DNA of 32,000 bases from Tautonia marina (lineage in GTDB: Bacteria; Planctomycetota; Planctomycetia; Isosphaerales; Isosphaeraceae), in NCBI RefSeq assembly GCF_009177065.1, contig NZ_WEZF01000031.1, positions 13,637 through 45,636 on the forward strand. Reading direction: 5' to 3'. Each line of letters opens with the position of its first letter. The stretch's first letter is position 1. The notes under the pieces were generated by a model. It was given only the letters and a program-made list of their open reading frames with translations. It had not been told where the DNA came from and did no database searches. The position numbers and the translations under genes were made by a program. Positions 23,368 to 31,148 of the stretch are shown in pieces.

Positions 23368-23931
23368 ATGAACATTGGCTACGCACGGGTTTCGACCCTG
23401 GAGCAGAACCTCGACCTCCAGCAGGATGCGCTGAAGGCGGCAGGGTGCGAGAAGATCATCGTCGACAGGATGAGCGGTACCCGCCGCGACCGCGCCGGCC
23501 TGGAGCAGGTGAGGGAGCAGCTCCGCAAAGGGGATGTGCTTGTGGTCTGGCGGCTCGACCGGCTTGGCCGGTCGCTCAAGCACCTCATCGAGCTGATGAG
23601 CGAGCTGGAGGAACAAGGGATCGGTTTCAGGAGCGTGACCGAAGCGATTGACACCACGACTCCCGGGGGAAAACTCATCTTCCACATCTTCGGGGCGCTT
23701 GCGGAATTCGAGCGGAACCTGATCCGGGAGCGGACCAAGGCCGGGCTGGAAGCGGCAAGGGCACGCGGCAGGCAGGGCGGCAGGCCGAAGAAGAAGGACG
23801 CGAAGCAGCGGGAACTGGCGGTTAGGCTCTACGAGGAAAAGAAACACGCGGTTAAGGAAATCTGTGCCATGCTCGGCATCAGCAAGCCGACGCTTTATGC
23901 GTATGTGCGGGAAAGTAGCCTTGTCCCGTGA
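23368..23931 (+). CDS. serine recombinase (resolvase/invertase family, Hin/Gin/TnpR-like)
   Basis: MNIGYARVSTLEQNLDLQQDALKAAGCEKIIVDRMSGTRRDRAGLEQV..GDVLVVWRLDRLGRSLKHLIELM..GIGFRSVTEAIDTTTPGGKLIFHIFGALAEFERNLIRERT..GRPKK.. plus a C-terminal HTH (ICAMLGISKPTLYAYV). The catalytic Ser is in YARVST. Confidence 0.9.
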   Translation: MNIGYARVSTLEQNLDLQQDALKAAGCEKIIVDRMSGTRRDRAGLEQVREQLRKGDVLVVWRLDRLGRSLKHLIELMSELEEQGIGFRSVTEAIDTTTPGGKLIFHIFGALAEFERNLIRERTKAGLEAARARGRQGGRPKKKDAKQRELAVRLYEEKKHAVKEICAMLGISKPTLYAYVRESSLVP

Positions 23932-23934
23932 CGA

Positions 23935-24165
23935 GCCAGGCCGGGAGCCGGCGGAGCCAATCCAGAGGCATCCAAGCGGGCAGGGGAAATGTCCAGACAA
24001 ATGGCGGCGGAGGCCTATTTTAACCTCGCTCCGAAGCTGGCGGAACTACGGGCGGAAGGGCTGTCGCTGCGGCAGATCGCCGGGTGGCTTAACGGTGAGG
24101 GGTATACGACACGGCGAGATATGCCGTGGAATCAGGTGCAGGTGAAGCGAGTGCTCGGGCGAGAC
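23935..24165 (+). pseudogene. remnant of the C-terminal (HTH) portion of a second recombinase-family gene, cut off at the AT-rich island boundary
   Basis: The translation ..AAEAYFNLAPKLAELRAEGLSLRQIAGWLNGEGYTTRRDMPWNQVQVKRVLGRD resembles the C-terminal DNA-binding tail of small serine recombinases. No catalytic domain precedes it. Similarity ends about where G+C collapses (~24165), after which the ORF reads through AT-rich sequence to 24252. Confidence 0.35.
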
Positions 24166-24223
24166 ATCTTGTATCAAATTAATACATATTTAAATGTTAA
24201 ACGAAATTCAAAATTGCTGAAGT

Positions 24224-24586
24224 TCACAATGGTCGATCCGCTCCCCTTTTAGGGAGAGGAGTCACATTTGGAACTATACTATCTGTAATCTGATGAGAAA
24301 CACCGCAGGATTCTTCTGGTGAAAGCTCGACTCGACTTGAGTCATTGCTACTGAATCCAGGATGATTATCAGTTTTGCCACCAAAAAGTTTTCTAGCAGC
24401 AATACTACCAATAATACCACCCGCAGCAAAACCAGCGAAGCCAATGGCCAAGGCGAGGTAAGAAGTAATGCCGATTCCGAGCATACCAAGGGTAAGAACT
24501 GCGCCCATACCTCCCACTACGGCCCCGAACATCATACCGGCGGATCCAAGAGCTTCAGCCCTCATGTTATGTTTAGTATTATTCAT
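24224..24586 (-). CDS. small glycine-zipper membrane protein (120 aa)
   Basis: GSAGMMFGAVVGGMGAVLTLGMLGIGITSYLALAIGFAGFAAGGIIGSIAA gives 2-3 predicted TM or glycine-zipper helices. It lies 9 nt downstream of the 853-aa gene on the same strand. AT-rich. Confidence 0.55.
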   Translation of the reverse strand: MNNTKHNMRAEALGSAGMMFGAVVGGMGAVLTLGMLGIGITSYLALAIGFAGFAAGGIIGSIAARKLFGGKTDNHPGFSSNDSSRVELSPEESCGVSHQITDSIVPNVTPLPKRGADRPL

Positions 24587-24595
24587 AATTGAATC

Positions 24596-27157
24596 TTAAC
24601 CAGTTCTCCTCAAATTGTCAAGCAGCTGCGGATCGATCAGCAAAGGGTTAAGCGGCCTTGGAGAACGACCCTCGGCAGGTTGATGCTGGATCTGTTGCAC
24701 AGCATCTGGATTCCAAATGCGTTCAAAACTGATTCCAAGGGATGAACCTCCAGGTATCGTAAATTCCTTGATCTTCCCTTGGCGTTCAATGACAAGGGAG
24801 ACGGTATTTGAGGTTTTTCCACTTTCCACAGCGTCGGCAACACAATCGCAAGTATAATGCAAACAGTACAAATTATTTTTATTGTATTCTTTAATATAAT
24901 CACCGGGTTCAATTCCAAGCCTTTCAGCAAGACTCCCGCTACGAATTGAAGTAACGATTGGTCTATAACTTTCGAAAGCTAGGAATCGGTAACAAAAAGT
25001 ACTATCTTCACGGATGGCTTGACGCTCGGAATCAATATTATCTGCCCAGTGTCCTGGCAATACCGCCTGAGCGTAAGTCAGGATGCCCGCGAGATTGGGA
25101 CCCCCTGTGTAGAATTCTTCGCGACGATCCATCGGATTCCAAGCGATCATGTCGCTCGAAACATACCAATCGCCATCCAATCCACGATGGACAGCCATGG
25201 TAGTGTATCGATTTGTGGTTATTTCGTGTGTTTGCATCAGGGCCGTCTGCCCTTGTGCAAGCTCGCTTCTTATGTAGGTGGTATTGGCTGCATGGGACTT
25301 GCCACTAATGTGGGCGGCTACATCCCTGAGACGCTTCAGATCTTTGCTTTGCTCTCCGAAATGAAGTTCATCTACTTTGTATAAATGATATTTAAATTCA
25401 AAATTTCCTATTTTGTAACATTCATTATCATTAAGATGTGCCTCAGAGTATGCTGCAGCAAAATCGTGATCGTAGTCCGTCTCCCGGCACTTGGTGAGCC
25501 TAGTGCTGCTCGTTCCAACCTCTGGACACGGGAGCCCGACCTTGAAGTCAACTTGACTGCCTGCGAGAATGCCATCAGTCCACAGCAACTTGCTGAAGCA
25601 CGGATCTTCCTGTCCCTCGTTCCTGTTACATTTATACTCAAACATAATGTCAATGTCATGTATATCGTACATGCTATTGTTTTTGATGGTTGCAGTATCG
25701 TCACCAAGAATCGCGCGAGAAACATCAATTGAATGCTTCGGATAAACAATATGATAATATTCCATCACCCTCCAATATCTGGTTGCATGCATTCTTGGGT
25801 CATCGAACACCCAAGATGTGGTGGCAAACCCATGGTTGTAAGCGTGCTGAAGCCATTTTAATGAGCTATCCAAGTTTCCCCGTCTGGACATAACACACGA
25901 GTAAAAATACGCGAAATATTTGTCATTACGCATTTCTTCGAGTGCCTGGTTGGCGTAGCGAAGTGCCGATGCGTGGTCATCGACTGCCAAGTAACAAGAC
26001 GCGAGTCCAAATCTTACATCAGGCAAGTGCTTGTTAGTAGAAGGGTTATCATCCAAATCGACGAGTGCCTGAAGAGCCGCTCGATTAATCCTAATTGCAT
26101 CATCGCGAATGCCATCTCTCTGAAGAGTTCCCACCTCGCGAAATCTAATGCTAGCCGCTGAGGAGGCATAGGACGCTGCGACGGCGAGGAAGCCTGCACG
26201 AACTGAGTCGAATACCTCTGCGCTCGGAACAAGCGAGGCCGCACGTTCGCACTGTAAGGCTCGATGCATGCGCTGGTATGCAGATTCATCTTCATCGCTT
26301 CTGGACAGATCTCCAGCATCTGCCATCAATGCGAATGGGTTCTCCCACCGCATTTCCGAGTTAGGGGAGAAATGTAAGCGTTCCTGATAACCAGTGATCT
26401 TCTCCCAGCCAAATTGCTCTGCCAGCACTTTCGTCGACTCTTGAGTTCGAATATAATTTGAAGTAAATTTGTTGTTTAATCGCCTTGCCATGTTTTGAAG
26501 TGTTCTGCGTTTTTCTTCATCCATTTTCTCCAGGGCTACACGATTTGCGTTTGATTCCGCCAAGCCAGAGGCAACGCCTACAATGACTCCTCCCGTAAGT
26601 GCCAGTGCAGTGACCGGCGCTGCTGCCACTGCAGTCATACCAAAGACCGCAGCGGTGCCGACACCAACAGTTCCTGCCATTTTGATAAATGCAGTTGCTT
26701 CCATGCCGCGTCCAATTGCGTCAATAGCAATTGAAGTACCATCGTTTGGTTTATGCCCGGTAATATGTATAATCCCTGCCATATCTAAAAATGCATAATA
26801 CTCGTTAATGAGGCTTTCGCATTCGCTATATAAAGTTATAATTTCTCTGTCGTATTTATCGATTGGTCTGGTGTGACCAATGATCCCACCTAGCAAGTTA
26901 TAATTTCCCCTGAGCCAATCCTCGAGTACCACCGCATCTGCTTCGGATGAAGGCCAAGTTCTGTACATATGGTCCAAGAAATAGAGCATAAAACACGATT
27001 TGTATTCAATACTGTTTTTATCAATACTGTCTTTAGTTTGGACTGCAGTCGCCACGGGGAGAGCGGCATTCGCTGAGTGAGCGATGCAGAAGAACCCAGT
27101 GATAATGATCACAACCATCAGGGCAAAGTTAGGAACGAATTGGCGAAATATTTGCAT
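24596..27157 (-). CDS. large envelope protein (853 aa): signal peptide/TM, glycine-zipper TM hairpin, TPR-like helical region, C-terminal PDZ-like domain; no family recognised
   Basis: ATG 27157 is chosen because MQIFRQFVPNFALMVVIIITGFFCIAHSANA|A is signal-peptide-like. The 90 codons upstream in the 943-aa ORF are R/G-rich high-GC read-through. Central hydrophobic stretch: GTVGVGTAAVFGMTAVAAAPVTALALTGGVIVGVASGLA. TPR-like: ASALRYANQALEEMRNDKYFAYFYSCVMSRRGNLDSSLKWLQHAYNHG. PDZ-like: IVTSIRSGSLAERLGIEPGDYIKEYN..VSLVIERQGKIKEFTI. Very AT-rich (line 25381-25440 hand count 11/60 G+C). Confidence 0.65.
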   Translation of the reverse strand: MQIFRQFVPNFALMVVIIITGFFCIAHSANAALPVATAVQTKDSIDKNSIEYKSCFMLYFLDHMYRTWPSSEADAVVLEDWLRGNYNLLGGIIGHTRPIDKYDREIITLYSECESLINEYYAFLDMAGIIHITGHKPNDGTSIAIDAIGRGMEATAFIKMAGTVGVGTAAVFGMTAVAAAPVTALALTGGVIVGVASGLAESNANRVALEKMDEEKRRTLQNMARRLNNKFTSNYIRTQESTKVLAEQFGWEKITGYQERLHFSPNSEMRWENPFALMADAGDLSRSDEDESAYQRMHRALQCERAASLVPSAEVFDSVRAGFLAVAASYASSAASIRFREVGTLQRDGIRDDAIRINRAALQALVDLDDNPSTNKHLPDVRFGLASCYLAVDDHASALRYANQALEEMRNDKYFAYFYSCVMSRRGNLDSSLKWLQHAYNHGFATTSWVFDDPRMHATRYWRVMEYYHIVYPKHSIDVSRAILGDDTATIKNNSMYDIHDIDIMFEYKCNRNEGQEDPCFSKLLWTDGILAGSQVDFKVGLPCPEVGTSSTRLTKCRETDYDHDFAAAYSEAHLNDNECYKIGNFEFKYHLYKVDELHFGEQSKDLKRLRDVAAHISGKSHAANTTYIRSELAQGQTALMQTHEITTNRYTTMAVHRGLDGDWYVSSDMIAWNPMDRREEFYTGGPNLAGILTYAQAVLPGHWADNIDSERQAIREDSTFCYRFLAFESYRPIVTSIRSGSLAERLGIEPGDYIKEYNKNNLYCLHYTCDCVADAVESGKTSNTVSLVIERQGKIKEFTIPGGSSLGISFERIWNPDAVQQIQHQPAEGRSPRPLNPLLIDPQLLDNLRRTG

Positions 27158-27231
27158 CGCTGATATCTCGGGTGAGACATTTGCTGGCCTAGTGGAAAAA
27201 ATATCAGCATCTGATACAATCTTAGCATCTT

Positions 27232-27387
27232 TTACATCTCGCCACTGCCTGCGGACTCCTGTGCATCGATTGTGATGGCATCGGGGGGCGGCGCTTCTTC
27301 CGGAGGCGACCCTCCATTCGAACAGCCGGCGAAAGAAACCATGAAAATTGATGCAATCACGCAATGGAACACCCGTGCCCAATTCAT
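27232..27387 (-). CDS. mini-lipoprotein (51 aa)
   Basis: MNWARVFHCVIASIFMVSFAG|CSNGG is a signal peptide plus lipobox. GGAG lies 8 nt upstream of ATG 27387. It is the 3' part of the 181-aa ORF 27232-27777, whose upstream part is R/G/A-rich and antisense to the next CDS. Confidence 0.5.
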   Translation of the reverse strand: MNWARVFHCVIASIFMVSFAGCSNGGSPPEEAPPPDAITIDAQESAGSGEM

Positions 27388-27580
27388 CGTCGTCTCCAAG
27401 AATAGATCGGAGGGAGTGCTCTCCCAATCACCGGATGTTTCGCGGCCAATGACCGGAAGTGCGGTTGATGCTACCGGGCTCCTATTCCTATAGTCGAGTC
27501 CTTTCTCTGCCTTCATTCCCCATTCTTGCCAGTTTTTCCCGGCTCCGGCAGCGCCCGCCGGCTCCGTACCCGAGGCTCTT

Positions 27581-28666
27581 GTGCCACCAGCGCCAACCCA
27601 GTACCGGGCACTGACTGAAGACTTCCGGCTCTTTGCCGAACGTCTCGGCTGGCCGCCTGGGAAGCGGTTCCCCAAAGCCCTGAAGGATCTGGGCGGCGGC
27701 GACAAAGCAATCGTTGCCCGCATGAAGGAAGGGGCAGCCGTCCCTGAGAAATACATCCGCGCTCTGGTCGGCCTCATGCGGAATGAATCAACCCTGAGCG
27801 CCTACTTCACGGCAAAGCGTCTTGGCGGGATCGAAACGCTGACCGACGATGACATCATCGAGCGGATTGCCGGCCCCCTGACGCCTGCGCCGGCCCCTCC
27901 GCCTGAGAGCGAAGACATCTTCGACAAAGGAATCGTCGGTATTGCCGAAGTCTTCAGCCGCTTCGTCGGCAAGTTGGTCCGGGAAGGTACGCTTTGCCGC
28001 GATGAGAAAGATGTGGCCACGGCCGTCGCCATGATCTTCGCAACGGTCGGACGTCATGTCACCCGCGACGCTGCCCTGGCGGATGCGGAAGCCATCACCG
28101 CGGCCGAGGCCATCATCGGACTCAGCCGCGATGCCTATCTCGAACGGGCGGTCGCCTGGTGGCGGAAAGCACACTGGTCCATGGCCTTCGCCGTCGTGAA
28201 CCGTCAGCGGGTCGGATGCAGCTGCGTCCTCCCGCTTACCGACGATGCCTATGCGGCGGTCCGGGCAGGAAGACAGCTCGATTATGAACTCACGGCCGAT
28301 GACCTGGCGGTCCCTTCGCGGTCATTCCTCCTTGAAGCCGAAGCCGAGCGCTCGGACGCAGACTATCCCCAGATTCGCAAGCGTACAGGCCGGCAGCTCC
28401 ATACGCTGCTGTTGCAGGTGGCCAGGCTCTCCCTGCCTGAATCGCCGGTGCCCTACCTCGGATGCCCCATCCGCATCCTCAGCTTCGCCGGCACCCCGGT
28501 CAACAGGGCACGGCTCCTGAAGCTCGGCTTCCGCCCCACCGGCAACCGGCTGCCGGTCCACAACCTGGAAATCCTCGAACTCGATGACCAGGGAACCTCC
28601 TTCACCTCGCTCGCCATCGAAGGCTTGCGACGTAGAATCACCCTCGAAGGTGACGCGCGAATGTAG
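27581..28666 (+). CDS. hypothetical protein (361 aa), possible N-terminal HTH and C-terminal acyltransferase-like fold (weak)
   Basis: GTG start. The N-terminus ..FAERLGWPPGKRFPKALKDLGGGDKAIVARMKEGAAVPEKYIRALVGLM.. is HTH-like. The C-terminal ..RARLLKLGFRPTG.. recalls GNAT tails. It is divergent from the AT-rich module. The start codon is uncertain. Confidence 0.45.
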   Translation: MPPAPTQYRALTEDFRLFAERLGWPPGKRFPKALKDLGGGDKAIVARMKEGAAVPEKYIRALVGLMRNESTLSAYFTAKRLGGIETLTDDDIIERIAGPLTPAPAPPPESEDIFDKGIVGIAEVFSRFVGKLVREGTLCRDEKDVATAVAMIFATVGRHVTRDAALADAEAITAAEAIIGLSRDAYLERAVAWWRKAHWSMAFAVVNRQRVGCSCVLPLTDDAYAAVRAGRQLDYELTADDLAVPSRSFLLEAEAERSDADYPQIRKRTGRQLHTLLLQVARLSLPESPVPYLGCPIRILSFAGTPVNRARLLKLGFRPTGNRLPVHNLEILELDDQGTSFTSLAIEGLRRRITLEGDARM

Positions 28667-28804
28667 CCGGGTGCCCATGCGCCGGATGCACTTGCTCACA
28701 AAATTCTTAGTATATGGATGGAGATGACAGAGGACGGAGTTGCATAACTCGTACTATAGAAGTTTTCCCCGTTCCTCCGGTTCCCCCAGACTAACGGCGG
28801 TGAT

Positions 28805-28868
28805 GGCAAACTCTCTGCCGGTTTGGCTGGGTCAGAGTACCGCAAACTGGTAAAGCTTCTGCCGGTTT
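28805..28868 (+). promoter_or_regulatory. second pair of the 20-bp GGyAAAsnnTCTGCCGGTTT direct repeats, again spaced 44 bp, ~240 bp upstream of the first iteron
   Basis: ggcaaactctctgccggttt at 28805-28824 and ggtaaagcttctgccggttt at 28849-28868. Same orientation and spacing as the pair at 4844-4907. Non-coding region. Confidence 0.5.
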
Positions 28869-29107
28869 TCGGGCTGACCATTTCATCCTGACCCTTGACC
28901 AGACGAATTCCACCCGTCGTCGCGGAACTCGTATTATGGAATAATTGGTTAATAAGTTTACATAGACACTCTGGTCAACCGGTGAACTGAGCCCACCAAA
29001 CTGGAGCCAGACTCCCACGCTCCCTATGCTGCCACAAATTGTTTAACACTATGTTAACCGGGCGAGGGGAGCCTGAAGCTCAGGGTGACCGCCGCTTTGC
29101 CCACCCC

Positions 29108-29398
29108 CTACCGTAATCTGAGGGTGGTTTCTGCCACCCCCCTTCCGGCTGGCTTCGCCGGGTCTTCCGCAGCCGGTCATCTTCCGGCCGGGAGCAGGGC
29201 GCTAACCGTCTGTTCCATTAAGGGAATCTCTGAACAGCAGCGCCTGCGCGTCCACTACCGTAAAACGGGGGAGGTTTCGGGAGCGGCGCTACCGTAATCT
29301 GAGGGTGGAAACTACCGTAAAACGGGGGAGTGAAGTACCGTAATCTGAGGGTGGGAGTACCGTAAACTGAGGGTGGAACTACCGTAATCCGGGGGAGG
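29108..29398 (+). repeat. iterons of the replication origin (oriV): seven ~20-bp direct repeats with a TACCGTAA core
   Basis: Copies start at 29108, 29255, 29289, 29312, 29335, 29357 and 29379. The last five are tandem at 22-23-bp spacing. There are two subtypes: (C/G)TACCGTAATCTGAGGGTGG and CTACCGTAAAACGGGGGAG. AT-rich stretches lie on both sides (28921-28965 and 29440-29550). The repA gene starts ~160 bp downstream. Confidence 0.8.
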
Positions 29399-29555
29399 TT
29401 TGCCGCCATAAAGCCTTTGTGGTTCAGCACCTTGGCCGCCGGAAACTATAAAACTTAGCTAAACTATGAAAACTACAACTAGGTGGCGGCACCCGAATTT
29501 CCCTGCTAAGCTGCTGGCCATCCAGTTAGTAGTTGCTTTTTAATTTCAATGAGTC

Positions 29556-31028
29556 ATGGTTGCATGCATGAAGCCGATCCGGACCACAGAGCAGGAAACC
29601 TCACCCGTCCTCATGGGACGGGACGAGATGAATCTTGCCGAATTCCCGATCACGCTGCTTTCCGACCGTGCGCCCGAGGGCATGAAAACCCTCGTCTTCA
29701 AAGACCAGAACGGCACGCTCACCATCACCGGCAGCGACGCCTACGGCCTGCCCACCGCCGCCGACAGCGACGTTATCGTCGCGCTCATGTATCTCACCAA
29801 ACGGCAGACCGGCTTCCGCCGCGACGGCGACAACTCCCGGCAAATCAAAGTCTATTTCACCCGCTACGAGCTCTTAAAGCTGCTCCGCTGGCCGGACACC
29901 AAGACCTATTACCGCCGGCTCGATGAATCCCTGACCCGCTGGCAGGGCGTGCAGCTGCTCTACGATCGCTGCTGGTACGACCGCCAGCACAACATCCACA
30001 CCAGCGCCAAGATTCACATTCTCGAATCCGTTATCATCGTCGATAACGACGCCCGCAAGAAAGCGCGGGCGAGGGGGCAGACCGAGCTGCCGCTTTCCTT
30101 CTTCGTCTGGAACGGCATCTTCCTCGAGAGCTGCCTTGCAGGCAACCTCCGCGAGCTGAACCTCGATGAATATTTCGCGCTCAACAGCTCGATTTCGAAG
30201 CGGCTCTACCGCTTCCTCGGCAAGCGGTTCTACCTCCGGCCCGACTGGACCTTCGACCTGCATGAAATCGCCTTCGACCGGGTGGGCCTGAGCCGGAACT
30301 ACAAAGACGCCTCCAAACTCCGCGAGAAACTCTCCGGTGCCATCGCGGAGCTGGAAGCCATCGGTTTCCTGAAGCCTCTTTCCCGCGAGCAGCGCTACCA
30401 GAAGCAGGCCCGCGGCAAGTGGACCATCCGCTTCGTCCACCAGGGCGGCAAACCGCTCGCCGCTCCCGCCGCCGAGCCCCCCCCTGCACCGCCGCCGGCC
30501 GCCGATCCGCTTCCGCCGCTGGCTCAGGAACTCATCGCCTGCGGTGTGACCGAAGCCACCGCACGCGAACTGGCAGGCCAGCATCCGGCGGAGCACATCG
30601 AGGCCAAGCTCGACATCCTCCGCTGGCTGACCGAACGCAAAGACAAGCGCGTCGCCAAAAGCCCGGGCGGCTACCTCGTGGAGTCCATCCGGCGGAATTA
30701 TGCCACCCCGGCTGGCTACCAGCCGCCGGAAGAGCGACGCCGCATCGAGGAGAAGCAGAAGCTTCAGGCCCGCAAGGCCGAGGAGGAGCTGCGCCGCCGG
30801 CAGGAAACCCGGGAGCGTGAACTGGCGGAGAGCGACGCCGTCACCGCCTATCTGAAAGGGCTTTCTCCTGAGCAGCTCGAAGCCCACGACGCACGCTCAC
30901 GCGAGGAAGCGCCGGAAGAGGACCTCGCGCTCGAACGCGGCAATCACGCCCTCGCCCGGCTGGCCCGCACCAACCGCCACCGGCAATATGCGCTTAAGCT
31001 CCTGAAAGAACAGGGCCGGCTGCCGTGA
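29556..31028 (+). CDS. repA: plasmid replication initiator protein RepA (replication initiator protein A / RPA family)
   Basis: The N-terminal ..GRDEMNLAEFPITLLSDR.. motif is typical of RPA-family initiators. A proline/alanine linker follows, then a conserved C-terminal ..GVTEATARELA..SPGGYLVESIRRNYATPAGY.. module. It sits immediately downstream of the iterons. The start could be ATG 29568. Confidence 0.8.
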   Translation: MVACMKPIRTTEQETSPVLMGRDEMNLAEFPITLLSDRAPEGMKTLVFKDQNGTLTITGSDAYGLPTAADSDVIVALMYLTKRQTGFRRDGDNSRQIKVYFTRYELLKLLRWPDTKTYYRRLDESLTRWQGVQLLYDRCWYDRQHNIHTSAKIHILESVIIVDNDARKKARARGQTELPLSFFVWNGIFLESCLAGNLRELNLDEYFALNSSISKRLYRFLGKRFYLRPDWTFDLHEIAFDRVGLSRNYKDASKLREKLSGAIAELEAIGFLKPLSREQRYQKQARGKWTIRFVHQGGKPLAAPAAEPPPAPPPAADPLPPLAQELIACGVTEATARELAGQHPAEHIEAKLDILRWLTERKDKRVAKSPGGYLVESIRRNYATPAGYQPPEERRRIEEKQKLQARKAEEELRRRQETRERELAESDAVTAYLKGLSPEQLEAHDARSREEAPEEDLALERGNHALARLARTNRHRQYALKLLKEQGRLP

Positions 31029-31148
31029 TATTCGGTCTGGACGCAAAGCTGAAAGCGGGGTAAGAATGGTTCGAGCCTTACTTCAGGAGTTTCGCCCTAA
31101 GTGTATGGTAAACAACAAATTTAAGACAAATTGACCCGGCCAATCGCT

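Noticed and set aside
27158-27777. N-terminal extensions of the 943-aa ORF (to 27427) and the 181-aa ORF (to 27777)
   Set aside because: The extensions are R/G/A-rich and lie in higher-GC DNA. In the second case the extension is antisense to CDS 27581-28666. Internal ATGs give clean signal-peptide and lipobox N-termini, so the shorter models were preferred.
29108-29398. Possible CRISPR array
   Set aside because: The repeats are ~20 bp and separated by only 2-3 nt, so there are no spacers. They are degenerate in two subtypes and sit directly upstream of a rep gene. They are iterons, not CRISPR. No cas operon is present, and the Cas4-like ORFs are stand-alone.
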